A stretch of DNA of 64,000 nucleotides, from sequence record NC_048048.2. One strand, written 5' to 3'. The stretch's first letter is position 1, and each line of letters starts with the position of its first letter. The notes below the pieces were generated by a model, which saw nothing but the letters and a program-made list of their open reading frames with translations, did not search any database and had not been told where the DNA came from. Of the stretch, positions 26,542-35,111 are shown in pieces. A program made the translations under genes and the position numbers.

Positions 26542-27456
26542 ATGACAGACGCTGTGACGGGCAAGGACCTCTACGAGCAGGAGGTCAACAACGCCAACAT
26601 CCACTCCAACCGCATGTACGCCTGGGACGAACTGACGCCCCTGCTCAAGGCGGAGTGGAACCACAAGGCCGCCCAGATGGCAGCCAACAAGGCCCCGCCC
26701 GTCGAGCCGCCAATCACCCCGCTCGACCGCGACATCCTCGACCTCTTCCAGGAAGAGGGCGCCGAGACGATCCTGGAGCTTATCCCGCTCCTGCTGCAAC
26801 TGATCCGCGCCATCGCCCAGGTCCAGAAGACCGCCTCCAAGGTCCAGCGCTTCGGCAACGTCAAGAACCCGTTCGCCGGCGACGGCGTCAAGCCCAACTT
26901 CGAACTGCTGGAGGACGAGCTTGGCGACATGCTGACCCTGGCCGGCATCCTCGGTTCGCGCGGCATCATCAACAAGGAGCGCGTCGACGCCCGCATCGCC
27001 TGGAAGACCGGCATGCTCAAGACCCACGGCTCGATCGACTGGACCAAGCTCGACCTGCCCGAGAACCAGCCGCGCACCTTGAAGGACGCCACCGACGAGG
27101 ACTTGGCCGGCCCGAACTTCGGCGGCTATGTCAACAAGGCGCCCTACCAGGAAATGCGGCTGCGCCAAGCCATGACCGGCAACAACGCGCCGGCCGAGAA
27201 GGACTGGGTCGAGGCCCTGAAGGTCCTCAACGCCTTCCTGCGCCTGACGCCCGAGGAACTGGGCCACCGCCAGGAAATGGCGATCGTGCGCAAGGGCAGC
27301 GGCTTCCCGGCCAGGGACTTCAACGACTACCCACTCGAACACCAGAACGAGATCAAGCGCCGAGGCGCGGCGATCCTGGACATGCTGTTCGACCGCAACA
27401 TCGCCGATGCGCTGGGCCTGTCCGCCGACGACTTCACGTCGCAAGAAAACGGTTGA
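26542..27456 (+). CDS. multidomain protein with central MazG-like pyrophosphatase segment
   Basis: QVQKTASKVQRFG...NFELLEDELGDMLTL. Confidence 0.6.
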   Translation: MTDAVTGKDLYEQEVNNANIHSNRMYAWDELTPLLKAEWNHKAAQMAANKAPPVEPPITPLDRDILDLFQEEGAETILELIPLLLQLIRAIAQVQKTASKVQRFGNVKNPFAGDGVKPNFELLEDELGDMLTLAGILGSRGIINKERVDARIAWKTGMLKTHGSIDWTKLDLPENQPRTLKDATDEDLAGPNFGGYVNKAPYQEMRLRQAMTGNNAPAEKDWVEALKVLNAFLRLTPEELGHRQEMAIVRKGSGFPARDFNDYPLEHQNEIKRRGAAILDMLFDRNIADALGLSADDFTSQENG

Positions 27457-27480
27457 CACCCTCCGCCTAGCGTGGGACAA
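27441..27480 (+). promoter_or_regulatory. promoter of the cassette class
   Basis: GCAAGAAAACGG-TTGACA(27453)-N14-TGGGACAA. Confidence 0.6.
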
Positions 27481-27512
27481 GGGCGCATCGCTGAACAACC
27501 AAGGAGACGCCC

Positions 27513-27884
27513 GTGCTGCAAATGGTGAAACTGGACCCACGCATCGGCGTGCTTCAGACCGAACGCGGCACGGCCTTCTACGCCTATCCCGGCGGCTATG
27601 ACGCCCCGCCCGTGCGCGGCAGCCGCGAGAAGGTCGAGTACGCCCTGGGCCTGCGCCGGCGCTTCAATGCGCTGGGCGACGTCCCCTTCGGTCCCTACCT
27701 GACCGTCTATGACGTCGAGGTCACGGTGCGCTACCGCCATCGGCGCGTCAGCCGCGCGCCCTTCCGGTTCGAAGGTATCCGCGCCCCGTCCAAGTCGGCC
27801 GCCAACCAGGAAGCCCGTCGCCTGCTAAAGCACGGTCACGGCGGCCTGCCGTTGTGCAAGGCCACCCTGCGCGTGGAGCACTAA
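27513..27884 (+). CDS. hypothetical protein
   Basis: AAGGAG SD before GTG. Confidence 0.75.
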   Translation: MLQMVKLDPRIGVLQTERGTAFYAYPGGYDAPPVRGSREKVEYALGLRRRFNALGDVPFGPYLTVYDVEVTVRYRHRRVSRAPFRFEGIRAPSKSAANQEARRLLKHGHGGLPLCKATLRVEH

Positions 27885-27887
27885 GCC

Positions 27888-28256
27888 ATGAAGACGACCC
27901 ACAAGCTCACCCAGGAAGAAGCCAACCTGATCCGCACCACCGCCTGCAAGAAGGTCGGGCGCGGGCGCGTCAAGCTGGAAGTCAACGTCCGCGCCGACGA
28001 CTTCGGCGGCGAGGGCTTCAACATGCTGGCCATGAACGGCCAACACGAGATGATCGACACCGTGCCCTGGAGCCGGTTCCGCAGCCGTGTCTTCCCGCTG
28101 GTCGACGGCGCCGCCATGCTCGACGTGGCGATCCAGTCCTCGCACAACGATGGCGACGGCCCCGAACTGCTCGACCATGTCAAGCCGGTCTGGGAGAACG
28201 GCGTGCTGGTGCGGATCGAAGGCTATCAGCGCATCCTGTGGCAGCGCGCCGCGTGA
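27888..28256 (+). CDS. hypothetical protein
   Basis: coupled ORF. Confidence 0.75.
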   Translation: MKTTHKLTQEEANLIRTTACKKVGRGRVKLEVNVRADDFGGEGFNMLAMNGQHEMIDTVPWSRFRSRVFPLVDGAAMLDVAIQSSHNDGDGPELLDHVKPVWENGVLVRIEGYQRILWQRAA

Positions 28257-28483
28257 GTCGCCTGGACCCCAAGGACCGGTTCTGGGCCGGCGGCAGCGGC
28301 GAAGGCTGGTTCGTCAAGTTCCACCGCGAGCCGTCCTGGCATCCGGGCGCGCCCGAGGAAAGCACGATCGCCGTCTTCGCCGCGCGCGACTACGTCGATG
28401 GCGAAACGGGCGCCGCCAAGGCCGCCAGCGCCCTGGCCGCCGATCTGAATCAAGCCCTGGACAAGGTGCGTACGAGCGCATGA
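28253..28483 (+). CDS. hypothetical protein
   Basis: GTGA overlap. Confidence 0.65.
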   Translation: MSRLDPKDRFWAGGSGEGWFVKFHREPSWHPGAPEESTIAVFAARDYVDGETGAAKAASALAADLNQALDKVRTSA

Positions 28484-28953
28484 CCGAGCCCGTCATTCCT
28501 TCCCTGACGCTTCTGGCCCTGCTGCGCGAGGCCCAGTCGAGCGTGATCCTGTCCTGCGGGACCGAGATCAACTACATCGACGCCGACGTGCTGGTGGCCA
28601 ACGTGGCCGAGTACATCAGCGATCACACCGTCTCCTGGCTGGAGCACCTGCTGGTCGGCGTCCACGTCACCGAGGCCGAGCAAGAACTGTCGATCGGGCA
28701 GAACGACCCGGAGTTCCCGACCTATGTGGGCCTGCGCATCTGGGCGCACCGCGTCGAGGGCAAATGGAACCGTGACTTTCTCACCATGCTGCGCGCCCGG
28801 CCGGTCCAGCAGTCTCCCGCCATCAAGGATGCCCTGGCCGACCCCGACCCCGCCGACTGGGCGGTCAAGCGCTACCTGAACAAGGGAGACGTCATCGTCC
28901 GCCTCAACAAGGACGGCGTGATCGTCGACGTCGAGGCCGTCAAGCTGGTCTGA
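28480..28953 (+). CDS. hypothetical protein
   Basis: ATGA overlap. Confidence 0.75.
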   Translation: MTEPVIPSLTLLALLREAQSSVILSCGTEINYIDADVLVANVAEYISDHTVSWLEHLLVGVHVTEAEQELSIGQNDPEFPTYVGLRIWAHRVEGKWNRDFLTMLRARPVQQSPAIKDALADPDPADWAVKRYLNKGDVIVRLNKDGVIVDVEAVKLV

Positions 28954-28955
28954 CG

Positions 28956-29189
28956 ATGAACCGCAAGCCCCGTCCCGTCAGCGTGCGCGGCAAGGCCGAA
29001 CTGGTCGAGGGCACCAAGGTGCGCTTCATCTGTCCGCTGGGCCACACCCAGGTCGAGGACCTGGGCCGCAAATCCTTGCCGCTGCCCAGGCGCTACTCGG
29101 CCGAGGCGGTCAAGCGGCTGGCCCACTGGTGGCGCCAGGGCGTCACCTTCGACTGCAAGCGCTGCACCAGGGACAACCACAAGACTTAG
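28956..29189 (+). CDS. small Zn-ribbon-like protein
   Basis: FICPLGH...FDCKRC. Confidence 0.7.
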   Translation: MNRKPRPVSVRGKAELVEGTKVRFICPLGHTQVEDLGRKSLPLPRRYSAEAVKRLAHWWRQGVTFDCKRCTRDNHKT

Positions 29190-29251
29190 GTCGATTAAAT
29201 AGACTCGATACTGTCAATCACGTCACGGTGTCATTTCGGCTTGCATAGTCG

Positions 29252-29266
29252 TTAATCATGCCTTAA
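29252..29266. promoter_or_regulatory. CtrA-type site upstream of a Tat-protein gene
   Basis: TTAA-TCATGCC-TTAA (exact N7). Confidence 0.6.
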
Positions 29267-29296
29267 AAGGGACCCTAAATCCAGAGGGACCTTCAC

Positions 29297-30079
29297 ATGA
29301 CCACCCGCCGCGCTCTCCTCTCCGCTGGTATGGCCCTGGCCGCCACGTCGGCCATACCGGGTATGGCTGCCGCCAAGACCCTGAAAAACAAGGACGATTT
29401 CGATAAACGCGTCCTCGACGTCCTGGCCAACGGCGCCAAGACGGGCGGCGGGTTCCAGGAAAATCTCGACCGCGATGTCGCCGACTATCTGGTCAAGCAT
29501 ACCCTGGCCTACGGCATCACCCTCAAGAGCTTCGGCGACTACCACGTCGCCAACACCACCAAGCCCACGACCGTCGACATCTACGGCCTGACCAAGGAAG
29601 GCCTCCAGGCCGGCAACATCGTCCTGGCCGATCGCCTCTCGCCTGACGCCGGCGCCATGCTGCGCAAAGCCTTCGCCCACCGGGTCCCCGCCGGCGCGAG
29701 CCCTTGGGGCACGCGGGCCGACGTCGTGCGCAACCTCTACGCCCACTTGACCGGTCCCACCCACGAGGGCCGCTTGCCGGTCGCGCCTCTGGTCCTGAAC
29801 GAGACCACCTACCGCAAGGACTACATCCTCGAAAATCTGGAGAAGGGCGCCCTGCGGCCGGCCAAGTGGTCGGGGGATTCCTACGCCGAAGGCGGCATCC
29901 TCTGGGTCGAGCGCACCCCCACCTTCCTGATCGGCCGGGACTTCCACGACGGCATACACTGGGAGATCGACTCCGTCGCCCTCAACAAGGACATCGTCCA
30001 GTTCCAATCCCTGCCGGCCCACGAGCGCGACACCTACCGCCGCCTGATCACCGCGTACGCGCCCGGCCTGTTCGGCTAG
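29297..30079 (+). CDS. Tat-signal exported protein
   Basis: MTTRRALLSAGMALAATSAIPGMAAA/KT. Confidence 0.8.
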   Translation: MTTRRALLSAGMALAATSAIPGMAAAKTLKNKDDFDKRVLDVLANGAKTGGGFQENLDRDVADYLVKHTLAYGITLKSFGDYHVANTTKPTTVDIYGLTKEGLQAGNIVLADRLSPDAGAMLRKAFAHRVPAGASPWGTRADVVRNLYAHLTGPTHEGRLPVAPLVLNETTYRKDYILENLEKGALRPAKWSGDSYAEGGILWVERTPTFLIGRDFHDGIHWEIDSVALNKDIVQFQSLPAHERDTYRRLITAYAPGLFG

Positions 30080-30275
30080 CAGCGCATCCCGCGACGCGGT
30101 TCGCCCACCTCAGGGTCGAAGTGTGCCGCGCGAAGCGCTCGCGTTATGGTATTTCAAAGTTGCCTAACGGTTGCCGTATCAACAGGTTTTCTCAATTTCT
30201 GAGAGTCATCGCCCGGCGGCCGTCTTGGCACGCCCCCGCGAGGCGATCTCTCATGACCCGAGCCCAGGAGGTCCC

Positions 30276-30542
30276 ATGCCACGCGGCGGCGTCCATCGCT
30301 ATGTGATCGGCCAGCGCTGGTACTCCAGCCAGGAAGTCCAGAGCCTGATCGTCGAGACCCTGCCCAAGCTGCCGGCCGGCGGGCGCACAGCCGCCAAGCT
30401 CGATCTGGCGTTCGGCTCGGTCGATCTGGCCCAGACCACCATCTCGGCCATGCTCAAGAAGCTCGCCGCCCAGGGCCGCGTGCGCAAGGTGCGGCACGGT
30501 CACTACGAACTCCCCTCCCGAACCAGGGCCTCCCATGACTGA
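30276..30542 (+). CDS. winged-helix protein
   Basis: AGGAGG SD; TTISAMLKKLAAQGRVRKVRHGHYEL. Confidence 0.7.
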   Translation: MPRGGVHRYVIGQRWYSSQEVQSLIVETLPKLPAGGRTAAKLDLAFGSVDLAQTTISAMLKKLAAQGRVRKVRHGHYELPSRTRASHD

Positions 30543-31707
30543 ACCCAAGAAGCGCGGCCGACCTCCCGGCGAAGCCAACCTCAAGCGCCGCGTCGCCGGC
30601 AAGGCCTACGGCACCCGCGAGTTCAAGAACCTCGTGCTGGAGACGATCAAGCAGGTCCCGACCGGCGAGCAGACCATCGACGGCATCCTGAAAATCTGGG
30701 GCGACCCGCTCTGGCACGAGGCCGAAGCCAAGCTCGACCTGCGCCGGGTGATCAGCCGCTTCCACGACCAGGGCAACCTGATCCGCATCGATCGCGGCGT
30801 CTACGAGGTCGCCGAAATCCTCAAGCTGACCGCCAGCCACGACATCCAGCTTCTCGCCGAGCAGGCCCTGCGCGAGGCCGGCGGCTTCATGAAGGCCAAG
30901 GCCCTGCGCAAGGCGCTCGGCTATAGCTCCCAGGACGCGGTCAACGCCAATCTGTTCACCGCCCTGCGCATGGAAGGCTCGCGCATCCGCCGCGACTGCC
31001 ACGAGCGCTACACCTACAACCTGCCCGAACCGGACCTCAAGCGCCTGATCCTGCCGCCGATCTGGGCCAGCGCCTACTATCGCGGCGTCTATCTCGGCGC
31101 GGCCCCCTCCCCCGAGCCGGGCGCGACGCCGTGGATGGAGTTCTTCGACAGCCACATCGCCAAGGTCGGCGAAGCCCTCTACCTGTCGCGCAAGGCCGCC
31201 GGCGCCGAACTGGAAGACGTCCTCGACTATCCGGCCATCACCAAGGCCCTGGACGCCGCGCGCATCCGCAACCCCGCGCGCCTGACCAATCGCGAGATCA
31301 TCCGCCAGATCGAGGAGATGCCCGACAACATCATCGTCGTGGGTCACCGCGAGACGCGGGCCGGCAAGCTGGTCGAGATCAGGGCCACCACGCCGCGCGA
31401 CGAAAGTGATCCGCGCCTCGTCGACATCCGCAACGTCCGCCTCGACATCCTGGCCAACCTGGAAAGCCCGCGCCCCGACCAGCTTCATCCTGAGCACTTC
31501 GACCGCTTCGACTACGAGAGCCTGGGCCGCGACTTCTTCGAAGCCTGGGGCAGCGTGTTCCATATCGACCCCGTCGCCCTGTCGTGGGGGAACCTTGGCC
31601 TGCGCGAAGACGGCGGCTGGCACAGCGTCAAGGGCAGCAAGCTGACCACCAACGTCACGGCGCTGGACGGCGGCTGGGAAGAGGAGCCCGACGCCGAAGG
31701 CGATTAA
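30535..31707 (+). CDS. tandem winged-helix DNA-binding protein
   Basis: LRRVISRFHDQGNLIRIDRGVYE and a second ALRKALG...RIRRD...RYTY unit. Confidence 0.65.
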   Translation: MTEPKKRGRPPGEANLKRRVAGKAYGTREFKNLVLETIKQVPTGEQTIDGILKIWGDPLWHEAEAKLDLRRVISRFHDQGNLIRIDRGVYEVAEILKLTASHDIQLLAEQALREAGGFMKAKALRKALGYSSQDAVNANLFTALRMEGSRIRRDCHERYTYNLPEPDLKRLILPPIWASAYYRGVYLGAAPSPEPGATPWMEFFDSHIAKVGEALYLSRKAAGAELEDVLDYPAITKALDAARIRNPARLTNREIIRQIEEMPDNIIVVGHRETRAGKLVEIRATTPRDESDPRLVDIRNVRLDILANLESPRPDQLHPEHFDRFDYESLGRDFFEAWGSVFHIDPVALSWGNLGLREDGGWHSVKGSKLTTNVTALDGGWEEEPDAEGD

Positions 31708-31839
31708 GGGCGCGCCTCACCAGCAAAAATCAGCAGTTCAATCCAGTTGTTGACTATAAGCATAGAATAAAGACTAGGCTCCGAGCCCCAGCAAACACTG
31801 GGCCGGGGCCTATTTGCTGCGCCCAGGGCTGCGCGCCGC

Positions 31840-32140
31840 ACACCACCTTCCCCCAGAAAGCTAGACGCATATATTGTAGATTAAAAGACGAGCATAAAGG
31901 CTAGGGCAGGAGGGCTGAACACCACCTTCCCCCAGAAAGCTAGACACACATATTGTCGATTAAACGTAGAACATAAAGGCTAATGGGATGCAGGCCCATC
32001 TGTGGGACACAGGGCTTGCCCCAGAAAGCTAGACACACATATTGTCATCTAAACGTATAGCATAAAGGCTAATGCACCTCACACCATACAGGGCATAGGC
32101 TGTGCCTTTCAATGAACCACACTACCATTTAGCCTTTATC
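31840..32140. repeat. AT-rich region with three imperfect 55-64 bp direct repeats (candidate origin)
   Basis: CCCCAGAAAGCTAGAC..ATATTGT..TAAA..CATAAAGGCTA at about 31840, 31919 and 32019; inverted TAGCCTTTAT near 32130. Confidence 0.8.
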
Positions 32141-32516
32141 TTCTACTTATAAATAACAATATTCTCACTCTATGGGGTAAGGAAAATAGGAATCTAGTAT
32201 AGAAGAGAGTAGTAGGGATTGTGCAGCGTATGGTTGTATGGTTGCCAGATCGAATGGGCGTCAGGGAGACACGGAAGAGGCCCGCTCCGCGTAGGACGAC
32301 ACTGAGGGGTCGGTTTGAACTTCCGCTGAAATGCGCACTCAGACTGCTCAAATTCGGTAATCCCTAAACCGGGGACGGTCGACACCAGAAGACGCGACCG
32401 GCGAAGGAGGGCGCAGCCCGAGTGAGGTGGGAGGCGTAGCAAACCTATGGACCTCTGCTTCCCAACCATAGGACCTCCTGGTTCAAACCTCTGGACCTCC
32501 TGGCGTAGCGACGCTC

Positions 32517-32561
32517 GAAGATGGAGGCCCTGAAGATGGCGGCCCTGAAGATGGAGGCCCG
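32517..32561. repeat. 3 x 15-bp tandem repeat
   Basis: GAAGATGG(A/C)GGCCC(T/G) three times. Confidence 0.85.
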
Positions 32562-32702
32562 ACCGGCGATCGAGGCGCAGCCGAGGAGACGGGATGGGAT
32601 GGGAAAGGATTCATGACCCGATGTCGCGTTTCTTGACGTGTGTCACGTGACGTGTCATGAAGGTTACCGAAGATGGTTAATGCGCCATCCAAGGACCACC
32701 CG

Positions 32703-33428
32703 ATGTTCACCTCCATCCGCGCCGCCGATCCGCAAGACCCGCGTCCCCAACTGACGGACGAGGCCACCCTGCGCGCGGCGATCGCCACCACCCTGCCGCT
32801 CTACGTGGCCCTGGCCAAGACGCGCGGCGCCGATCTCGTCGGCGACCAGATCAGCTTCGCCCTCGAAGTGGCCTTGAAGAAGGCGCGCACCTCTGACGGC
32901 GACTGGGCCTGGAACGCCGCGCGGCTGATGGAGGACGCCTTCGGTCTGCCGGGCGATGGCAAGCTGCTCGCCCTGGTCGAGACGACCATCGCCCGGCTGA
33001 AGATCGAGTGGGAGAGCCTGACCCGCGCCTGGGTCATGCGCACCGGCTACCGCATCCCCGCCGCGCTCGACGAGAAGGTCGAGGCCGTGGTCAATGGGGT
33101 TCCGGTGGTGGGCAAGATCGTCGGCGTCTCTCGCGCGCTCGGCGTGGCCTACATGGACAACGAGGCCCACACCGAGACCTACCGCATCGACGGCGAGGAC
33201 ATCATCGCCAACTACACCCAGGGCCGCTTCTCGCCCGAGACCCCGGTCCTGGGCTCGCGCTACGAGGACGCCCCCGCGCTCGCCGCTGCGGCCGAAGCCG
33301 CCCGAGGCAAGACCCGCAAGCTGCCGGCCGCGCCGTCCGATGATGCGGCCTCGCGTCAGCAGCGCATCGCCGACGCCTATCGCAATGGCTCGTTCGGCGC
33401 TGATCTCGACGGACCCGGAGCGGCCTGA
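32703..33428 (+). CDS. hypothetical protein
   Basis: AAGGA SD before ATG 32703. Confidence 0.8.
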   Translation: MFTSIRAADPQDPRPQLTDEATLRAAIATTLPLYVALAKTRGADLVGDQISFALEVALKKARTSDGDWAWNAARLMEDAFGLPGDGKLLALVETTIARLKIEWESLTRAWVMRTGYRIPAALDEKVEAVVNGVPVVGKIVGVSRALGVAYMDNEAHTETYRIDGEDIIANYTQGRFSPETPVLGSRYEDAPALAAAAEAARGKTRKLPAAPSDDAASRQQRIADAYRNGSFGADLDGPGAA

Positions 33429-33547
33429 TGATCGACACCAACACCTTCCTGTTCAGCATGGGCATGATGGCCGCCGTGGTCATCGCCCTGACCCTGCTGA
33501 TCCGCGTCGCCGACGCCCGCTACGACTATGAGCGGGGTGTCAAGTGA
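33428..33547 (+). CDS. 39-aa single-TM peptide
   Basis: MIDTNTFLFSMGMMAAVVIALTLLIRV...; TGATG overlap. Confidence 0.7.
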   Translation: MIDTNTFLFSMGMMAAVVIALTLLIRVADARYDYERGVK

Positions 33548-33642
33548 TCGGCCTGACCTTCCTGGCCGTGCTGGCCTTCGGGGCCTTCTTCCTGTGGCTG
33601 CTGGGCTTCGACTTCGAGTTCACCGGACCGGACGCCGCCTGA
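33544..33642 (+). CDS. 32-aa single-TM peptide
   Basis: MIGLTFLAVLAFGAFFLWLLGF...; GTGA overlap. Confidence 0.65.
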   Translation: MIGLTFLAVLAFGAFFLWLLGFDFEFTGPDAA

Positions 33643-33800
33643 TGGACACCCTTGGCCTCATCCTGCTGCTGATCGTCGCGGTGCTGATCCTCGCCATCGC
33701 GCTCGGCTTCTGGGCCACCATCGCCCTGGTCAACATCCTGGCCAAGGAGGTGCGCGTGGTCATCGCCGACCAGCGCCATCTTCCCAAGGAGGCCTCGTGA
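33642..33800 (+). CDS. 52-aa TM peptide
   Basis: MDTLGLILLLIVAVLILAIALGFW...; TGATG overlap. Confidence 0.7.
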   Translation: MDTLGLILLLIVAVLILAIALGFWATIALVNILAKEVRVVIADQRHLPKEAS

Positions 33801-33946
33801 TCAACGCCCTCCTGATCCTGGCCATCCTGTGCCTGGGGCCGTTCGCCCTCCTGGCGGCGATCCTGCTGTTTTCGGCCCTGTTCTCCTGGGCGGCCTTCCG
33901 CCACGCCGACGTGCAGAAGACCCTGACCGTCAAGGTGGGGCCGTAA
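33797..33946 (+). CDS. 49-aa TM peptide
   Basis: AGGAGG SD; MINALLILAILCLGPFALLAAILLFS... Confidence 0.7.
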   Translation: MINALLILAILCLGPFALLAAILLFSALFSWAAFRHADVQKTLTVKVGP

Positions 33947-33947
33947 G

Positions 33948-34136
33948 ATGGAAGTCCTGGCCCTGATGGGCGCGATCCTTGGCGTGGCCTTCGCCCTGCT
34001 GTTTGGCGCGGCGGCCGTCTATCTGGCCCTGCTGCTGGGCGCGATCGTGCTGGGCTTCCTGGCCCTGTTCATTTCCGGGTTCGCCATGATGGTCGACGAG
34101 ATCGTCGACATGGTGCGCGACCACTACCGCCGGTGA
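33948..34136 (+). CDS. 62-aa two-TM peptide
   Basis: MEVLALMGAILGVAFALLFG... Confidence 0.7.
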   Translation: MEVLALMGAILGVAFALLFGAAAVYLALLLGAIVLGFLALFISGFAMMVDEIVDMVRDHYRR

Positions 34137-34210
34137 GCATCGTCACGGCCCTGATGGCCGCGTCGCTGATCGCCATCCTCTACCACCTCAAGCCGGGCGC
34201 GCACCGATGA
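34133..34210 (+). CDS. 25-aa TM peptide
   Basis: MSIVTALMAASLIAILYHLKPGAHR; overlaps at both ends. Confidence 0.55.
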   Translation: MSIVTALMAASLIAILYHLKPGAHR

Positions 34211-34377
34211 GCACCTTCCTGCAAGTCTCCCTGGTCCTGGCCGGCGTCCTGATGGTCATCGGCCTGTCCTGGGCCATGGGCCATTTCGAGGAGTTCATGC
34301 GCGGCTCCCTGGGCGCCCCGGAGCTTCCGGCCCACGACCTGCCCGATGAACCCGAGTTCGGATCGGAGCGTCCGTGA
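34207..34377 (+). CDS. 56-aa TM peptide
   Basis: MSTFLQVSLVLAGVLMVIGLSW...; ATGA overlap. Confidence 0.7.
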   Translation: MSTFLQVSLVLAGVLMVIGLSWAMGHFEEFMRGSLGAPELPAHDLPDEPEFGSERP

Positions 34378-34460
34378 CGGAGATCATCTTCCCCGCCTGC
34401 GTGGCGCTGGCCCTGGTCATCGCGATCTTCCGCCTGATCGACCACTACGACGGGACCTGA
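34374..34460 (+). CDS. 28-aa TM peptide
   Basis: MTEIIFPACVALALVIAIFRLIDHYDGT; GGAG SD, GTGA overlap. Confidence 0.6.
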   Translation: MTEIIFPACVALALVIAIFRLIDHYDGT

Positions 34461-34465
34461 CGTCC

Positions 34466-34537
34466 GTGAGCCTGCTTCTCGTCGCCGCCTTCATCGTCTG
34501 GCTGGCCTACGCCGCCGCCCGCAATCTTCGAGTCTGA
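34466..34537 (+). CDS. 23-aa TM peptide
   Basis: MSLLLVAAFIVWLAYAAARNLRV. Confidence 0.55.
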   Translation: MSLLLVAAFIVWLAYAAARNLRV

Positions 34538-34541
34538 TCCG

Positions 34542-34700
34542 ATGACCTATTTCGCTCTCGTCCTGGCCCTGTCGCTGGTCAACACCGGCGCCCAGATCAC
34601 CACCGCCTATCGCAACTGCGAGGAAGGTCAGGTCGCCTGGGGCGTTATCCTGGCCCTGGCCCAGGCCATCGCCCTGGCCGTCTACAAGGCGCCCGCATGA
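34542..34700 (+). CDS. 52-aa two-TM peptide
   Basis: MTYFALVLALSLVN...WGVILALAQAIALAVY. Confidence 0.65.
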   Translation: MTYFALVLALSLVNTGAQITTAYRNCEEGQVAWGVILALAQAIALAVYKAPA

Positions 34701-34876
34701 CCGGCTTTGTCGTCACCCTGCTGATCACCGCGATCGTCTATCACGCCCTGATCCTGCGCGATGTCTTCTGCGAGTTCTCGCGCGACGAGGGCCAGCAGCT
34801 TTTCCACGGCGTCGCCGCCGGCCTGCTGCTGATGTTCGAGATCGTCGCCGTCGGTAGCCTCTGGATGGGCAAGTAA
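34697..34876 (+). CDS. 59-aa two-TM peptide
   Basis: MTGFVVTLLITAIVY...GLLLMFEIVAVGSLW; ATGA overlap. Confidence 0.7.
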   Translation: MTGFVVTLLITAIVYHALILRDVFCEFSRDEGQQLFHGVAAGLLLMFEIVAVGSLWMGK

Positions 34877-34879
34877 GCC

Positions 34880-35089
34880 ATGGCGCTCGCCTACGTCCTC
34901 GCCGACATTCTGGCCATCGCCGCCGGCGTCTATGGTGCGATCACCGGCGCCGTCTGCACCATGGACGATACGCTCAATCGTGAGCACAGCCTGCTGGTCG
35001 GCCTGTGGGTCCTGATCTGCCTGGGTTCGGCGACCATCGCCGCCCTGGGCGTGGTCGATCTGGTCATGAGGCTGCCGCCCGCGTCATGA
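34880..35089 (+). CDS. 69-aa two-TM peptide
   Basis: MALAYVLADILAIAAGVY...LLVGLWVLICLG. Confidence 0.7.
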   Translation: MALAYVLADILAIAAGVYGAITGAVCTMDDTLNREHSLLVGLWVLICLGSATIAALGVVDLVMRLPPAS

Positions 35090-35111
35090 CCCGTATCTCG
35101 GCCGCTTTGTC

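Noticed and set aside
23640-31623. other long minus-strand ORFs (23640, 26269, 29252, 30454)
   Set aside because: each mirrors a plus-strand gene; low-complexity translation typical of high-GC antisense frames
31840-32071. CRISPR array interpretation of the AT-rich repeats
   Set aside because: repeats are 55-64 bp and imperfect, linkers are short and unequal, there are only three units, and no cas gene is present
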